Below are positions 50,516-63,686 of a stretch of DNA of 64,000 nt, one piece after another (position 1 is the first letter of the stretch; the number at the start of each line of letters is the position of its first letter). Position numbers and translations under genes: made by a program. The stretch lies in the NCBI GenBank assembly GCA_964106645.2, contig OZ067038.1. One strand, given 5' to 3'. The notes under the pieces were generated by a model that did no database searches, had not been told where the DNA came from, and saw nothing but the letters and a program-made list of their open reading frames with translations. The DNA comes from Podarcis pityusensis (Eukaryota).

Positions 50516-50839
50516 CAGAAATGGGCAACTCGAGAGCTGAGGGTCAAATTTGGCTCTCCAACCCAGGCATTACACCATCTCCCCAGATAAGACCCTGAAC
50601 TGCCCTCCCTGAGTGTTTTTGCCTGGCTGGAATACATCCTTGTTTCTTGCTTGTCGGGATGGAGGCTAGAGAGGGGTGTGCAAGGGTGTGGAAACTTGCC
50701 TACTTTTCAAAGGTAAGATTCACATTTTGTTTCCCTGCCCACTTTTGCCTCTGGCCCCACTCTCCACTGCCACATGGCCCCTGGAAGTTTGCCGAAAGCG
50801 GAACTTGGCCATTCTGCTGAAAATGGTCCCCCATCCCCA
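50516..50839. mobile_element. hAT-Charlie-like non-autonomous element
   Basis: Degenerate TIRs; 8-bp TSD GTTTATAA/TTTTATAA. Confidence 0.6.
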
Positions 50840-51734
50840 TTTTATAAGATCTGAGAGTATTTTTTTCCTGTCCCCCCCCCCCCCCGAGCAATTCATATGG
50901 AGGTGTTGATTTAGGACTGGTGTTTAACTTGGTGACAGCTGCTAAGATCCCAGTTACATCACACTGGAGAACCTCTATTAATCTGCCACTCTGTAATTGG
51001 TTTTATACAACACATCTGGAACTGGCGACAAAACGTTGCCACAGGGAGTGCTCAGGTTCAGTGTTTCAGCTGTCTCGCTTAGGAAATAGTGAATTGCCTT
51101 TATGCGTAAACAGACTCCATAATTTGTGAAGATAATATATAGCGGCTACAGTAGCTCATGGAAGAAGCAAGCTGTGGCACCAAATCCAAAACTTAGCAAA
51201 TGTTGAAGGAGGAGCAAGAGGAAGAAGGCGATGTGCAGAGTTAGGCCTGCAGCAGACGCTCCCAAATTCTTTATGTAGGGCTGCTGGTGTGCAGGTCAGG
51301 CTGCAGCTGGCTCTGGTCAGTTCACAGAAGTCCTCAAGACAGCTTTAATGAAGTAGGTCTGGGACAGATATCTGACAGGGAGAAAATTCCAGGTGTATGC
51401 AGGAGCACAGAGTGCTGAGGGAAACGAGATGACCTTGAGATGAATATGTATGCTCAGGATTAAAGGCGTTGAGCAGGAATGTACTGAGATATTTTTTTTA
51501 AAAAAAATTATGGGGAGGGGCAGGATGTCCTCCCAGTGGTTAAGATGGGCTTCTGAAGGAATGTAAGGGCTCTGCAGCTGGGGCCCATGATGGATTGTTC
51601 CAGGAGTTCTGTGCTCTATGGTCTGTGTGTGTGTGTGTGTGTGTGTCCTTGATTCCAAGCTTGAGAGGAGAAATGAGGTTGCCATTTTTACACTATGTTG
51701 CTGAGGAACTTGGAGCACTCCCAAGGCACCATGA

Positions 51735-51930
51735 ATACAGGAAAAGGAAGCTGCCTCATACTGAGTCAGACCTTTGCTCTATCCAGCTTATTACTGTGTA
51801 CACTGGCTGTGGGCACTGTTCTCCAAGATTTCAGAAACTGAGTCACTTCCAACCCTACCTTGAGATGCTGGGGCTTGATCCTTCTGTGTGGAAAGCAGAT
51901 GCCCTTCCACTGAGCTAACGATACAGCCTC
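51735..51930 (-). mobile_element. Squam2-type SINE
   Basis: aggaagctgcctcatactgagtcagacc...ccactgagcta is the reverse complement of the SINE at 17513. Confidence 0.75.
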
Positions 51931-51941
51931 TACTGACTACA

Positions 51942-51943
<2 letters not shown>

Positions 51944-51983
<40 letters not shown>

Positions 51984-52512
51984 TTATTACTTATACCCCG
52001 CCCATCTGGCCAGGTCTCCCCAGCCACTCTGGGCAGCTCCGAACAGAATATTAAAAACACGATAAAACATCAAACATTAAAAACTTCCCTAAATAAGGCT
52101 GCCTTCAGATGTCTTCTAAATGTCAAGTAGTTGTTTATCTCTTTGACATCTGATGGGATGGTGTTCCACAGGGCAGGCGCCACTACCAAGAAGGCTCTCT
52201 GCCTAGTTCCCTGTAACTTGGCTTCTCACAGTGAGGGAACTGCCGGAAGGCCCTCGGTGCTGGACCTCAGTGTCTGGGCAGAACGATGGGGGTGGAGACG
52301 CTCCTTCGGGTATACTGGGCCGAGGCCGTTTAGGGCTCTAAAGGTCAGCACCAACACTTGGAATTGTGCTCGGAAACGTCCTGGGAGCCAATGTAGGTCT
52401 TTCAGGATCGGCGTTATGTGGTCTCGGCGGTCACTCCCACTCACCAGTCTAGCTGCCGCATTCTGGATTAGTTGTAGCTTCCAGGTCACCTTCGAGGGTA
52501 GCCCCACATAGA
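51944..52512 (-). mobile_element. L2-clade LINE 3' fragment with (TTA)n tail
   Basis: GLPSKVTWKLQLIQNAAARLV...DHITPILKDLHWLP...FQVLVLTFRALNGLGPVY is a canonical L2 ORF2 C-terminus. Confidence 0.92.
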
Positions 52513-53062
52513 AGATTCCCCCATCCCAGCTCCAAGCTCAAGAGGAGAGCAAGAGCTATTCCTTATTGCCCAGAGACTGCAGAAACATTCTCCCAACCCT
52601 CTCCATGCCTCTGAGCTTGCATTCTGAGGTCAGAGGCTTGATGAGAGGTCAGGGGCAAGGCCCCATTCCTTATAAGAGGCAGAGTCCTTGTGACCACACA
52701 TTTTTGGTTAGCTACCAACACCAGCCACACAGTGTGTAAATACCCCAAGAGAAGCTCAAACCAGAGTCTGAGCGGTTGGAATGCAGAACAAAGATCAAAA
52801 TTAGCAGTGTTGCAGCCAGACAGGAAAATACAGAGTACAATTGGATCAGAAAGGTTTCTAGTAGCTTAACACAAGGAAGCACTGTGTCCAAACCTGACAG
52901 GTCATCTTCTTTGCTCATTTAGGCTTGGTAGCCGTTATTCTTTATCTCCTCCCTTTTCTTCTCACTGTCATCTTCCCCTCCCAAGAAAAAGCAGTGTTAC
53001 TCACAAGAAGAGTTTCCAAAAAACAGGAGCCTTGCCAAAATTTATAAGCTTCTGTTAGGGAG

Positions 53063-53400
53063 TTAAGAACATAATGATAGTCTGTTGAATCAGGCCAGTG
53101 GCCCATCTAGTCCAGCCTCCTGTTCCCACAGTAGCCAACCGGATACTTGTGGGAAACCAGTGAGCAAGACAGGAGCACAAGAGCATTCTGCACTCCCATG
53201 GTTTCCAGAAACTGGTATTTGGAAGCAGTGCTGCTTCCAGCTGTGGAAGTAGAGCACAGCCCCCACGGCTAGTAGCCATTGATAGCCCTCTCCTCCATTA
53301 ATTTGTCCCATCCTCTTAAAGCCTTTCAAGTCGGTGGCCATCACTGCCTCCTGGAGGAGCAAGTTCCATAGTTTGACTATGTGCTGTGTGAAGAAGTAGG
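53063..53400 (-). mobile_element. CR1 LINE 3' fragment (older family)
   Basis: YFFTQHIVKLWNLLLQEAVMATDLKGFKR; tail taagaacata. Confidence 0.85.
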
Positions 53401-53724
53401 AGTCCTCTCTTCCAGTAGGGGGCAGTGGCACACCGACTAATATGTGGAACAGCTGTCGCTTCCTCAGTGAGGAGAGGACTGCTCTTCCTTCCAAGTTGAA
53501 CACCATCATGGGTGTTCAGTTTTGTGCTGAAGCACTTGCATGTTTAAAAGAAACAGAGTAGGAAGAAAAGTTACACTTGCATACCTGAATTATGGTATCC
53601 TGAATGAAATGCTAAATGGTAATAACATTTTTTCATTTCATACGAAGACATTTTTTCCAGAAGGTAACGTTCACTTTGAGATACAATTACTGGATTCACC
53701 ACATAAAAAAATTCATAACATTCC

Positions 53725-53940
53725 TTGATTCAAGTCAGAAGACAGAAGATTCTGACTAAATGTCCAGAAGAACTTTATGACGGTAAGAGCTGTTTGACAG
53801 TGGACTGCTTCAGAAGGTGGTGGACTCTCCTTCCTTGGAGGTTTTTAAGCAGAGGTTGGATGGTCATCTGTCATGCATACATTACTTGAGATTCCTACAT
53901 TGCAGGGGGTTGGCTTACCCTTCCAACTGTTTGATTCTAA
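53725..53940 (+). mobile_element. CR1 LINE 3' fragment
   Basis: Similar to 14400-14640 (gtaagagctgtttgacagtgg, tttaagcagaggttgga, gcagggggttgg). Confidence 0.8.
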
Positions 53941-55689
53941 TCAACAGTCATCTAAGACCAGGTAAGTATTGTTCAAAATGATATTTTTTCCCTCTTCTTC
54001 TGATCTCCAAAGACTCACAACCACAGTATTCTGAACAGCAAACAATAATATTCCATGTACATCTCTTCTACCATATACTCTGAAAAGGCTGGGGGAAAAA
54101 ATAAATAAATAAAATAATAATTTGTTATTTATACCCCACCCATTTGGCTGGGTTTTTCCAGCCACTCTGGGCGGCTTCCAACAAAAGATTTCAAGCCAGG
54201 GATGCAAAGGAAGAAAGGAAAGAACCAGGAGTATGTGCTGCTGATTATTTCCTTTTAAGTCTTGGTGATGACAGGTGATTGACAGGTAAGTGGTCCACGG
54301 AGGACAGAGGATTCTCCTCCCCACCTGCTGCATATGAATACACACCGGCCTGGAAGCAAGTCTTACCGAACTCTGTAGGATTTACTTCTGAGTAGATGTG
54401 CATAGGATTCTGCTGCTGAGTCCCACTGAAATCATTGAGTCCATACCTTATTACCAGTCTGTGGCCTGGTTTCTTAAACGTTATTAAAAACCCTCCTTTC
54501 AGTGCTGAATATGATCACCTGCAAGCAAACAAGTAAGGGTTTTTAAGTGTGCAGTTTTCTTATTAATATCCAGTTTGTTTGCAGGAAATAGAATGCTGCC
54601 GATGGCAGCTGAGCCAAGGTGAGCTGCAGCTGAAACCTTTGAAATGAAGCTGCTCTTTGTTCCTTTCCTGAACAGCAGCACCATTTGTTCTGCGTCCCTC
54701 CCTGGGCTCCTGTTAATCTTATTTTATGAGGCTTTGCCGTGGACGCTTTGCACTTGTTGTTTTCCTTATGGCGAGACAAGCAGCGGTGCAGCTGAAGGCA
54801 CAATAAGGCCATTAATCAGGATCCGCAGCAGGCTCTTCAAGAACCTGCCTGGGATTTGAGAGGCATGAATAGGGAAGAGGCTACTTGACCATCCATATTC
54901 TCTCGCAGATGTTTTGTTTCTCTCACACCTATTTGTTCCTGAAAGCATAAAAGAGAACGACCAACCCAGGTTGCCTCAGGAAATCTGCCACTCTTCGTTG
55001 GGATGCAAATAATGAAACACTAAGTTCTCAGTCCATAGCTGTGTGGAAGAGCACAATGAGACATTTCCCCCACTTGGGCTTTGTTCTATACTTTGCAACT
55101 GGGAAAGAGTTTCTTTTCAAAGAGCTGGAAGGTACAAGTTTAGCTAATCAGGTTGATAACTATTGGCTGCTCTGGCAACATGGAGAAGTCGCACTAGCAT
55201 TATGTCATAATTCTCTGCAGATGCTAGCTTTTGCAATTCACTTTCACTTTTTAAAATAATTGCTTCACACACACATGCACCATGTGATGCAAACCAGTTT
55301 TGTTTGACTTATCTGGAGGGCAAACCCAGGCATCCAGATAACCAAACAAGTGGAGAGCCCTATTTTGAATAGTGTAGAAGTGGACAGTCTTGGTCCCACA
55401 AACCTCATTGACCACCAGGCCTCCCTCCACATTTGGCTCACAAGGTTGTTTCGGCCAAGCCATGGCCGCCACCTGTCACCTTTACGACAGGTAAAGATGA
55501 GACGGGAAACAACACTGAATTAAAGCCACCTTTTGCAGTCCTGGTTTGAATCTGTCATTCTTCAAATTTGTCACCTTGCTTTGTCATGCTCCTTTGCCAT
55601 ATTTCAAACTGTGAAAATCCGGACAGAAAAGTTGTTGAGCTTTTTCTTAGTTTTCTTAGTTTCTTTTTACTTTGGCCCAAATTCACAAA

Positions 55690-55983
55690 AGAAGAAGCTT
55701 TTTTACTGGGTATATTAGAGCTAGATATTGCAAAGGAAAATAGGAGAATTTTTCTTTATGTGACAGCAAGAATTCTAATTGCCAAAAATTGGAAAAATGA
55801 AACAATCCCAGTGAAAAAAGAATGGCAAGATAAGTTATTTGATTATTTAGAATTGGCTAAACTGACGGAGGCAATTAGAGACCAATCCAAAGAAAAATTT
55901 CAAAAAGAATGGGGAAAATATAGTGAATACCTGAAAAAGCAGTGCCCTCAAATTAATACTTGGACTTGTCTGTATGGTTTTTA
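55690..55983 (+). mobile_element. L1-like LINE ORF2 C-terminal fragment
   Basis: EAFLLGI...LYVTARILIAKNWKNETIPVKKEWQDKLFDYLELAKLT...FQKEWGKYSEYL; A-rich coding strand. Confidence 0.8.
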
Positions 55984-58889
55984 ATTGTAATTTATTGCTG
56001 CTTTCATTACATTGTGTTTTATTGTAATTACAACTTGAAATTCTATGAAATTAAAATTGTAATATGATGAAACACAATATAAGAAATCAAGAAGCAATAG
56101 AAACACAAGAATAATAATGGTTATGCCACAGACCACCAGTGGAGTAAAGTGAACTCCTCCTACTCTTGAATGAAACGAGGAATAGGTAAGTATGAATGAG
56201 AGCCCTGTGACTGGCCCATACATTCCATCTCTGCGTGTGTTTCAGGACCAATGAAAATTGAATTGGTTGGGTCCAATTCAGTTCAATTTTTTCATTGACT
56301 CCAAAAGAAATGCACATCCACATTATGCATAAAGTAAGTTTTTGGTTCAATAATGGACCATTTCAAAAAAATTCAGTTCATTATACTTTTTACTGCCTGC
56401 AGTTCCTGGATTTCAAAGTAAAGCAACCCAGAATTGGGGTTTCTCAGGCCATCACCCACCATTAATAGTGCTCATTCATTGAACAGGTATATTGCGTGTA
56501 GAATTCAGGACAGGCCACAACACTCTTGGATACCAGCCAAAGCTAGAAGAATTAGGAAGAGCGAAGAAAGAAAAGGAAAGCTAATATTCTCAGCCTCAGA
56601 GGGCATGTTGCCAGAGGTTGCTTCTGCATGGCATGATACTCTTGCAGCCTAATGTGCTGTCAGCATTTTCTATATTAAATTCCTGCAGGTGGTACCTTCC
56701 TGCCCCTCCAAGTTTCAAGCATAGGAGAATGCAACAGTTGTGAAGTGTTAATACTGATTTCTCATATATGTACGTCTGCATATGTTCTCTTATTGTCTGC
56801 ATCCTCCTTGTTGACCTCAGCTGGGCTTGGATGCAGCCCAAAGGCTCAATTGTTGGAAGCTAAAAATCCAAAGGTTCTTTTCAGACAGGCAACATAATAC
56901 AGCAACTTCATATCCCAGGTATAATTGCTTCAGCAACTGAGGCTCAATATCAACCTTGGCATAGCTTTTGGCACACACCTCCAACTTGCACGGGATCACA
57001 AGCTTACAGACTGTAGCTTATTTTGGGGGGTGGGGGAAGAGCTAGTACAGCTCTGAAAGACAGAGAATAAAAAGCCTAATTGTCCAAATCCAAGGCAGCA
57101 GGAAGGAGAGCAATCCTGAAATTGGTTGTAAGTTCACAGATACTTGTTGTAAGATAACTTACAAGGTGTTTCAGGCCTGCAGGGTGACATGGTTATCCAT
57201 ATATCCAGTTGATGTTCTGCTGCATCCAGAAACTAGAGAAAGACTGAAGTGCAGGTGTGTGGCGGGTGTGTGTGTGTTTGCTGAGATAACAACTGCATGC
57301 AAGATCGGTGTAATTTCTTGAATGTTTGCTAAAGCTTGAAAATCACAGGATGTATGCTACACCAGTACAATACAGTTCAGTTCCCATTTGTGAACAGAAT
57401 TAGGTTTCCTAGAAATCTACGTTCTTTGTGGATATAAAAAGAAATTTATCCATGATAGAAAATATATTGACGTTTGTGAACATGATTACAACTGACATAC
57501 ATATGAATATGGTTGAACTGACCAGACTTTTGCTGGGCTTTCAGCAACTGTACATCATAATCACTCATATTTTGTGAATTGAATATACACCGGAAAATGA
57601 GACTGGGAAGATTGGATGATGAGATTCTGTGGACAGAGTTCCCCAAATCTGTTTCTGCAGTGCCCTAAAAATCTACTGTAAAGAGTTGGAGGCTGTTCTG
57701 GGACATCCTGAAAATTTGTGCAAGGGGAAGGGGGAATTGGCAAGAATCATTTGCCCCTCATTCTGTGAGCAGCTGCTGCTGCTGCTGCTGGACTTGTCTC
57801 ATCAGGATGGAACACAGGTCAGGTCAGGAGTATCAGGCCAGTTTTCTGTTGCAGTTTTACAGATGGATTTCATGATGGGTGAGGCAAATCTGGTTTCTCT
57901 GTCAAATAGGATACATTAAGCAAGGCCATGGTCCGTTGTGCAGCACACAGCATCACAGTGTGTGTTACTGTGAATGAATAATTACATATTATTAGACAAC
58001 ACACTGCAACCTTCAGCACATTATTCCAAATTGGAACATGAATGAATGTGAATAGTTTCAGAAGGTGAAAATTCGGTTTCCCTTCTGCTAGCTATACAAA
58101 ACAAAACAAATCAAACAAGAGAGGAAAACATGAGGAGGGAAGTCTGAATCTAGCTGGAAGGGGTGCTGGGGATCATTAATTTATCACAGCCAGCATTTGC
58201 AACAATGGCTTTATTGAAAATTTCATAAACAATTGCTCTTTCATGACTAAAGGTTTCAATTGCATAGATTTTTGGGCCCTTGCCATAGGGTTCAGCTGGG
58301 GCTGCTGTTGCTTTGAGCTATATGGCACAGTTTTCAAGGCTCTCTCCCCTTGGAGGAATTCACATCTAATAATATATTCACAAGACTTATTCTTCCGTTA
58401 TTAGCTATGTGCTATATATGTGTGTATGCCTTCTGGTGAGGAGTTGGAAGGAAATTGAGATTCTGATTGTTAACAATATTTCATGACAATTAAGAGGCTA
58501 TATCTTGTAATATTCAAAAAAGCTTCACCTATGCATCTGTGTTAAGTGGTTTGGTGTGATAGCAGTCATTGACTCTCTCAGGCTATAATTCTGTGCCCAA
58601 TACCAAGGAATAAACACCCTTTATTTTCCACCATTTAGCTTCTTTATTTTTGCCCCCTCCTGGCCTTCCTCTTTCATCCCTTAACTTCTTGATTTCTGCA
58701 TCCTCCTGGTCCCTAGTCTTGGTGCCACCATACTCCTGAGTTAACATCTCTAGAGCACCTGTGAAATATCTCCATCCTTGTACGCCTTTCCCCCGGTGAG
58801 CAAGAGGGTGGCATTCAACAAGGCCTCCACCTGCTTGACTTTTCCATGGTTTGTTGGTGTTAAAATCTGCATACTGCCCTTCAGCCAAA

Positions 58890-59145
58890 GATTACAGGGA
58901 AGTTCACAACAAAAATACAAAATGTGAACACAAAATGCAGACGAAAGCAAAGGCACACCAATAACCCCCTCCCACAAAGACATTTAAAAGGTTTGATCAG
59001 CCAAAGGCCTGCATGTAGAGAAATCTTTTCACCTGATGCCTAAAGATATGTAATGAAGGCACCAGGCGAGCCTCCCTGAGGAGAGCATTCCAAAAATGAG
59101 GAGCCACCGCAGAAAAGGCCTGTTCTTCTGTTGCCTTGGATTTGC
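58890..59145 (-). mobile_element. L2-clade LINE 3' remnant
   Basis: Similar to 24600-24750 (cctaaagatatgta, gagagcattcca, gccaccgcagaaaaggcc). Confidence 0.7.
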
Positions 59146-59589
59146 GTCACAGAGTCCGCCATGGGGGAGAGTTGCTTCTCTGCTTTCCAAGCAGACTTGG
59201 AACTCAAGCTCCAGGACCGGCAGACTGGATGACGACAGAGGTAGCCGCAAAGAATGAGAGCGCAAAATTGTAGCAGCGAGAAGAGCTACACACTCTTGCA
59301 AACTGTTTGCCAGAAGGCTTAGTGAATCATGGAAAGGCAGAGAACCGCCACCAAGAGAGTAGATCAAAGAAGCAGAACCAGCTTAGGTTCCTCAGACCTT
59401 TTCTCTGCCTAGTAATTAATAGAAATATTTACGGAAGGATGATCGCTGTGTTTTAATTGCTTGGAAAAAGAGGATACATTAATTGGATTTCCCACCAAGG
59501 GTGGGGAAAGAGAAATACATATTTCCATGTCAAAGCAAGGGAAATTTTAAGTGTGCACTGGCTGTGAAAAAGGTGGACAGAATGTCTAA

Positions 59590-59692
59590 GGCAGAGATGG
59601 GCAGCCTGTGGCTATTCAGATGTTGCTGGACACCATCTCCCAGTGGTCATGGATGATCGGAGATGACTTCCAACAGCATCTGCCTACCATCC
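59590..59692. mobile_element. hAT-Charlie-like MITE (degenerate)
   Basis: cagagatgggcagcctgtggc...cagatgttgctgg...caacagcatctg. Confidence 0.55.
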
Positions 59693-59956
59693 TTACATGT
59701 TATAGAAAGGATCAATGCATGTCTTTCCACAGCAAGTTCACCATGTATTTCCTGGTGCATTTGAAGGGGAAAATCTAATCATTTGACTTGTTTTTTTGTT
59801 GCGCCAGTGCAAACAATGGTCTTCTGAACCCTGTATCCCGGTTTGCTAATAGGGTTGAGGTAGTCTGCTTTGTTTCACTTTAACATTCCTTTACATCTAG
59901 GGAATGGGCCATGCGAAGATGTCCTCAGCGCCAAGGCTATGGCCTGCATCCATCTA

Positions 59957-60303
59957 GGGACGCGGGTGGCGCTGTGGGTTAAACCACAGAGCCTAGGACT
60001 TGCTGATCAGAAGGTCGGCAGTTCGAATCCCCGCGAGGGGGTGAGCTCCCGTTGATCTGTCCCTGCTCCTGCCAACCTAGCAGTTCGAAAGCACATCAAA
60101 GTGCAAGTAGATAAATAGGTACCGTCCGGCAGGAAGGCGAACAGCGTTTCCATGCACTGCTCTGGTTCGCCAGAAGCGGCTTAGTCATGCTGGCCACATG
60201 ACCCAGAAGCTGTACGCCGGCTCCCTCGGCCAATAAAGCAAGATGAGCGCCGCAACCCCAGAGTCGATCACGACTGGACCTAATGGTCAGGGGTCCCTTT
60301 ACC
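59957..60303 (+). mobile_element. Sauria SINE (Squam1), full length
   Basis: Head GGGACGCGGGTGGCGCTGTGGGTTAAA, B-box gttcgaatcc, tail ccctttacct; flanked by a 96-bp direct repeat. Confidence 0.93.
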
Positions 60304-61341
60304 TAGTCTGCTTTGTTTCACTTTAACATTCCTTTACATCTAGGGAATGGGCCATGCGAAGATGTCCTCAGCACCAAAGCTATGGCCTGCATCCATCTAT
60401 TCCCTGTGCCCAACTCTTACCCTTAGCTGTGTCGTATGGGGGGGGGGGAGAAGAGAGCTGCCATGCCAATTTTTGGCCTATATCTGGGCCCTGGGCCGAA
60501 ATGGGGATGCCAGTTGCTCTCTTACACTGGGACAGTGTTGAACCTGTGAGTCAATGTCTAAGCAGAGGTTCATGGGATCAAACCATTAGGGCTGTATGCC
60601 TGATCTGGTTGACAGGAAACCTGGTGTATTTGAAACAAGGCTTTGGATCCCTGTGAGAAAACTAAGGAAGGAAGACAACGCCTGAGTGAGGAAGCTGAAC
60701 TGCACATTTATGCATGCAGGAGTGGCAAGCACTTAAGCAGACTCCCATTAGCATTACTTGGCTGTCTCTTCCTTTTCAGCCGGGGCTGGAAATTTCTTTT
60801 GAAGGGAGATAATTTTATAAATTGCTGAATGCACATTTTCCAGAGCCTCTGGCATTCAGCAAGAGACACTTTGCTTTTAATTTAGACCTTCTGTTCCTGT
60901 ATTAAAAGGATACATTTTCAAAGCAATGGGGGCACAGTACTGGTATAAACATATCCTCCTCACAGATAAAGAGCATGTAGGATGTAACATAAATGTAGAT
61001 GCTTTGAAAGTTCAATCCCCACCCACCCAGGGGCTGGAGAACAAGTGTTTCTCCCTGACTCCAAATGATATGACAATAAAACGGAAATGCACGTCTTGAG
61101 TCAAAGTTCAGCCGTTCTGCTGCTGGGTTGAGGCAAGCTACGTTTCTGACAAATTGCTCTTGCGCCATGCACATAGTCATGTACCTCTGGGTTGGTTGAT
61201 ATAGAGCACTGAGGTAACAAGCCCTCTCTGACTCTCCTAAATGCCCCACTGTTTGTGATTGACAGCTACTGCCGTGAAATGAGTTGTGTCAAAGTTGTGT
61301 CAAAGATGGCTATTCAGTATCAATGAAACCCTACACATATA

Positions 61342-61653
61342 CAGTGGTATATACCTCATATACCTCATATATATATGGTGTATACCTCACATATATACTT
61401 AAGCATATATACACATATACCTCAGGTTAAGTACTTAATTCATTCCAGAGGTCCGTTCTTAACCTGAAACTGTTCTTAACCTGAAGCACCACTTTAGCTA
61501 ATGGGGCCTCCTGCTGCTGCTGCGCCGCTGGAGCACAATTTCTGTTCTCATCCTGAAGCAAAGTTCTTAACCCAAGGTACTATTTCTGGGTTAGCGGAGT
61601 CTGTAACCTGAAGTGTATGTAACCTGAAGCGTATGTAACCTGAGATACCACTG
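61342..61653. mobile_element. Tigger-like MITE with disrupted left TIR
   Basis: Same body as 19607 and 34645; left TIR split by a ~68-bp patchwork insertion. Confidence 0.88.
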
Positions 61654-63640
61654 TACACCTGACCATTCCTGTACCACCTAGAATAAATCTCACTATCCCA
61701 TTTATTTGGAATTAGTATTAGTAGAATGATCAGTTGGTTGTATTCAGATCTTTTGAGGAAGATGAGCTAGGGAGAAGGGGACAGGGAGAAAAATATGGCT
61801 GTTATGTTATAGTGTGCCAGTGAGACGCCCCAAAAATATGGCTGACCACTGTTGGAGGCTGGATATTGGACTAGATGGCTCATTGGTGTGCTTCATCAAT
61901 GAAATGTTTTATTTCCCTAAAGAAATAATGCATACCAATATATAGTGTGGGAACCAGTTCTTAATAAATTTGGAGGTTCCAGCTGACAAAGATTTTAAAT
62001 TAATAGGTAACACCGACCGCAATATTTGGCTTGGATCCAGAATAGGTGCTTTGTAAAATAGCTCACCTCCATCCAAGCTTCTTTGTACGTCGCCCAGCTT
62101 GACACATCTGACTGAATCGGCTTTGTTTAACATCTCCACATTCACTATTGTAAAATTTTAAACAAAAGACCCCACCCTTTTTGAAAGAAGTTGATGAAAT
62201 TTGCAGGCATGATAGCCACTCATGATTGGATAAAGCCTGCCAAACTACAGAGATATAGGTCTACCTGTGCGTGCACATACACCTGAAAGGAACCATCGCT
62301 AACTCTTTTTTGTAGAATTTGCAGGTAAAATTGCCCCTTCTGATGAAATAAGTTTTGTCAAATTTCAGAAGGTGGTTTTCTTGCAAGAACAGGCTTTACA
62401 TTTCTGGAGTGGCTAAAAATAAAATCACTTAATCTTTCCTGTTATTTTGTGGATACTTTGTAGGAGAGCACCACACACACAAGAGAAATACCCTTAGGTA
62501 AGAAACCAGCTAAACTGCAGACAAAAAGGTCCACGAGCTGTTCTGCTAGCTTCCTACAAGCTTGATGTGTTAGTCACAAAGGAGCTGTCCCACTGAAATC
62601 TCCTTCCCCACTCTGCCCTTGAACTTTGAGAAGACAAATGCTTTGCCCTTGCGGAATAGCATCTGCATCCCAAGCCATGGGATTGGTGAGCACTGGTGCA
62701 GCTCCCTTTGATAGCAAATTAGACCTATCAGTTGCCTCCACCCTCCTGATCTGGGCCTTTTTCTAGATGTTTTGATTTTGTGAAGCCGCTGCCTCTCCCA
62801 CTTTCTCCACACCACAGCCTTAAAGGTTAAGCTTCGAGACATCATTTCACTTTTCAGAGACCTTTATCATTTCTATCTCTTTTTAATGCCTGAGTCAGAA
62901 GCCACAGGGTGCTCAGGGGGTTCTGCTTTGACTTGTTCCTGCCTTGTAGAGATCTTGCAAAAGCCCCCAATCCTTCCAAGGCATCTCACCCCATCATTTG
63001 TGAATTGTACCAATCTTTAGCACACCTGGACAAACAGGGATCTCAATTCTCTCAGCGCCAGTCCTTCCGTAATTAAAACAGCACTTTCTGGCACAGGATA
63101 TCGACAGGCTCAGGGAAGCCCCAAGTTTGAAAAGATACAAAACAACTTTAGCAATCCCACCTTTCAAGTTTGCAATTCTAAGGTGGGGAAGGGGGACCTG
63201 AAGGCGGTCAAACAGTCTCGTGACAACAATCAGAAGGGTGGAGCAACTCTCTTGCACACCTCCATCCTTTCCCATTCATTTTTCTTTTACAAATGAAAAA
63301 CAAATTATGCCAGCTCCTGGGCTGGCATAGTTTTCTCCTAATGGTACTACTGGGAAGGGTATGGATCCTTTGAATTGATGCCTTCCCCAAGCCTACGCCA
63401 AACACACCCACCCTTTCTAAGGCTGGACCCCCGACTTTGGAAACGGAGAGGCTCTCAATGACCTCTGGGATGACTTCTCAGGGATCATAGGCCCGCATGG
63501 TCTGAGGGGGAATCTCATTAAAGCAGACCAGTGAGGACCAAGTCACGTCGGTGGCCACTGAATGCTGACTGAGTGTTGGAGGGAGGAGTCCGCATTGCCC
63601 CACTGTTGCAGGTGCCCCTTGCCCTTTTCTTTTAGTAAGG

Positions 63641-63644
63641 AATA

Positions 63645-63686
<42 letters not shown>

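Noticed and set aside
55568-55984. 138-aa ORF as a novel protein
   Set aside because: Matches the pattern of an L1 ORF2 C-terminus; a TE remnant.
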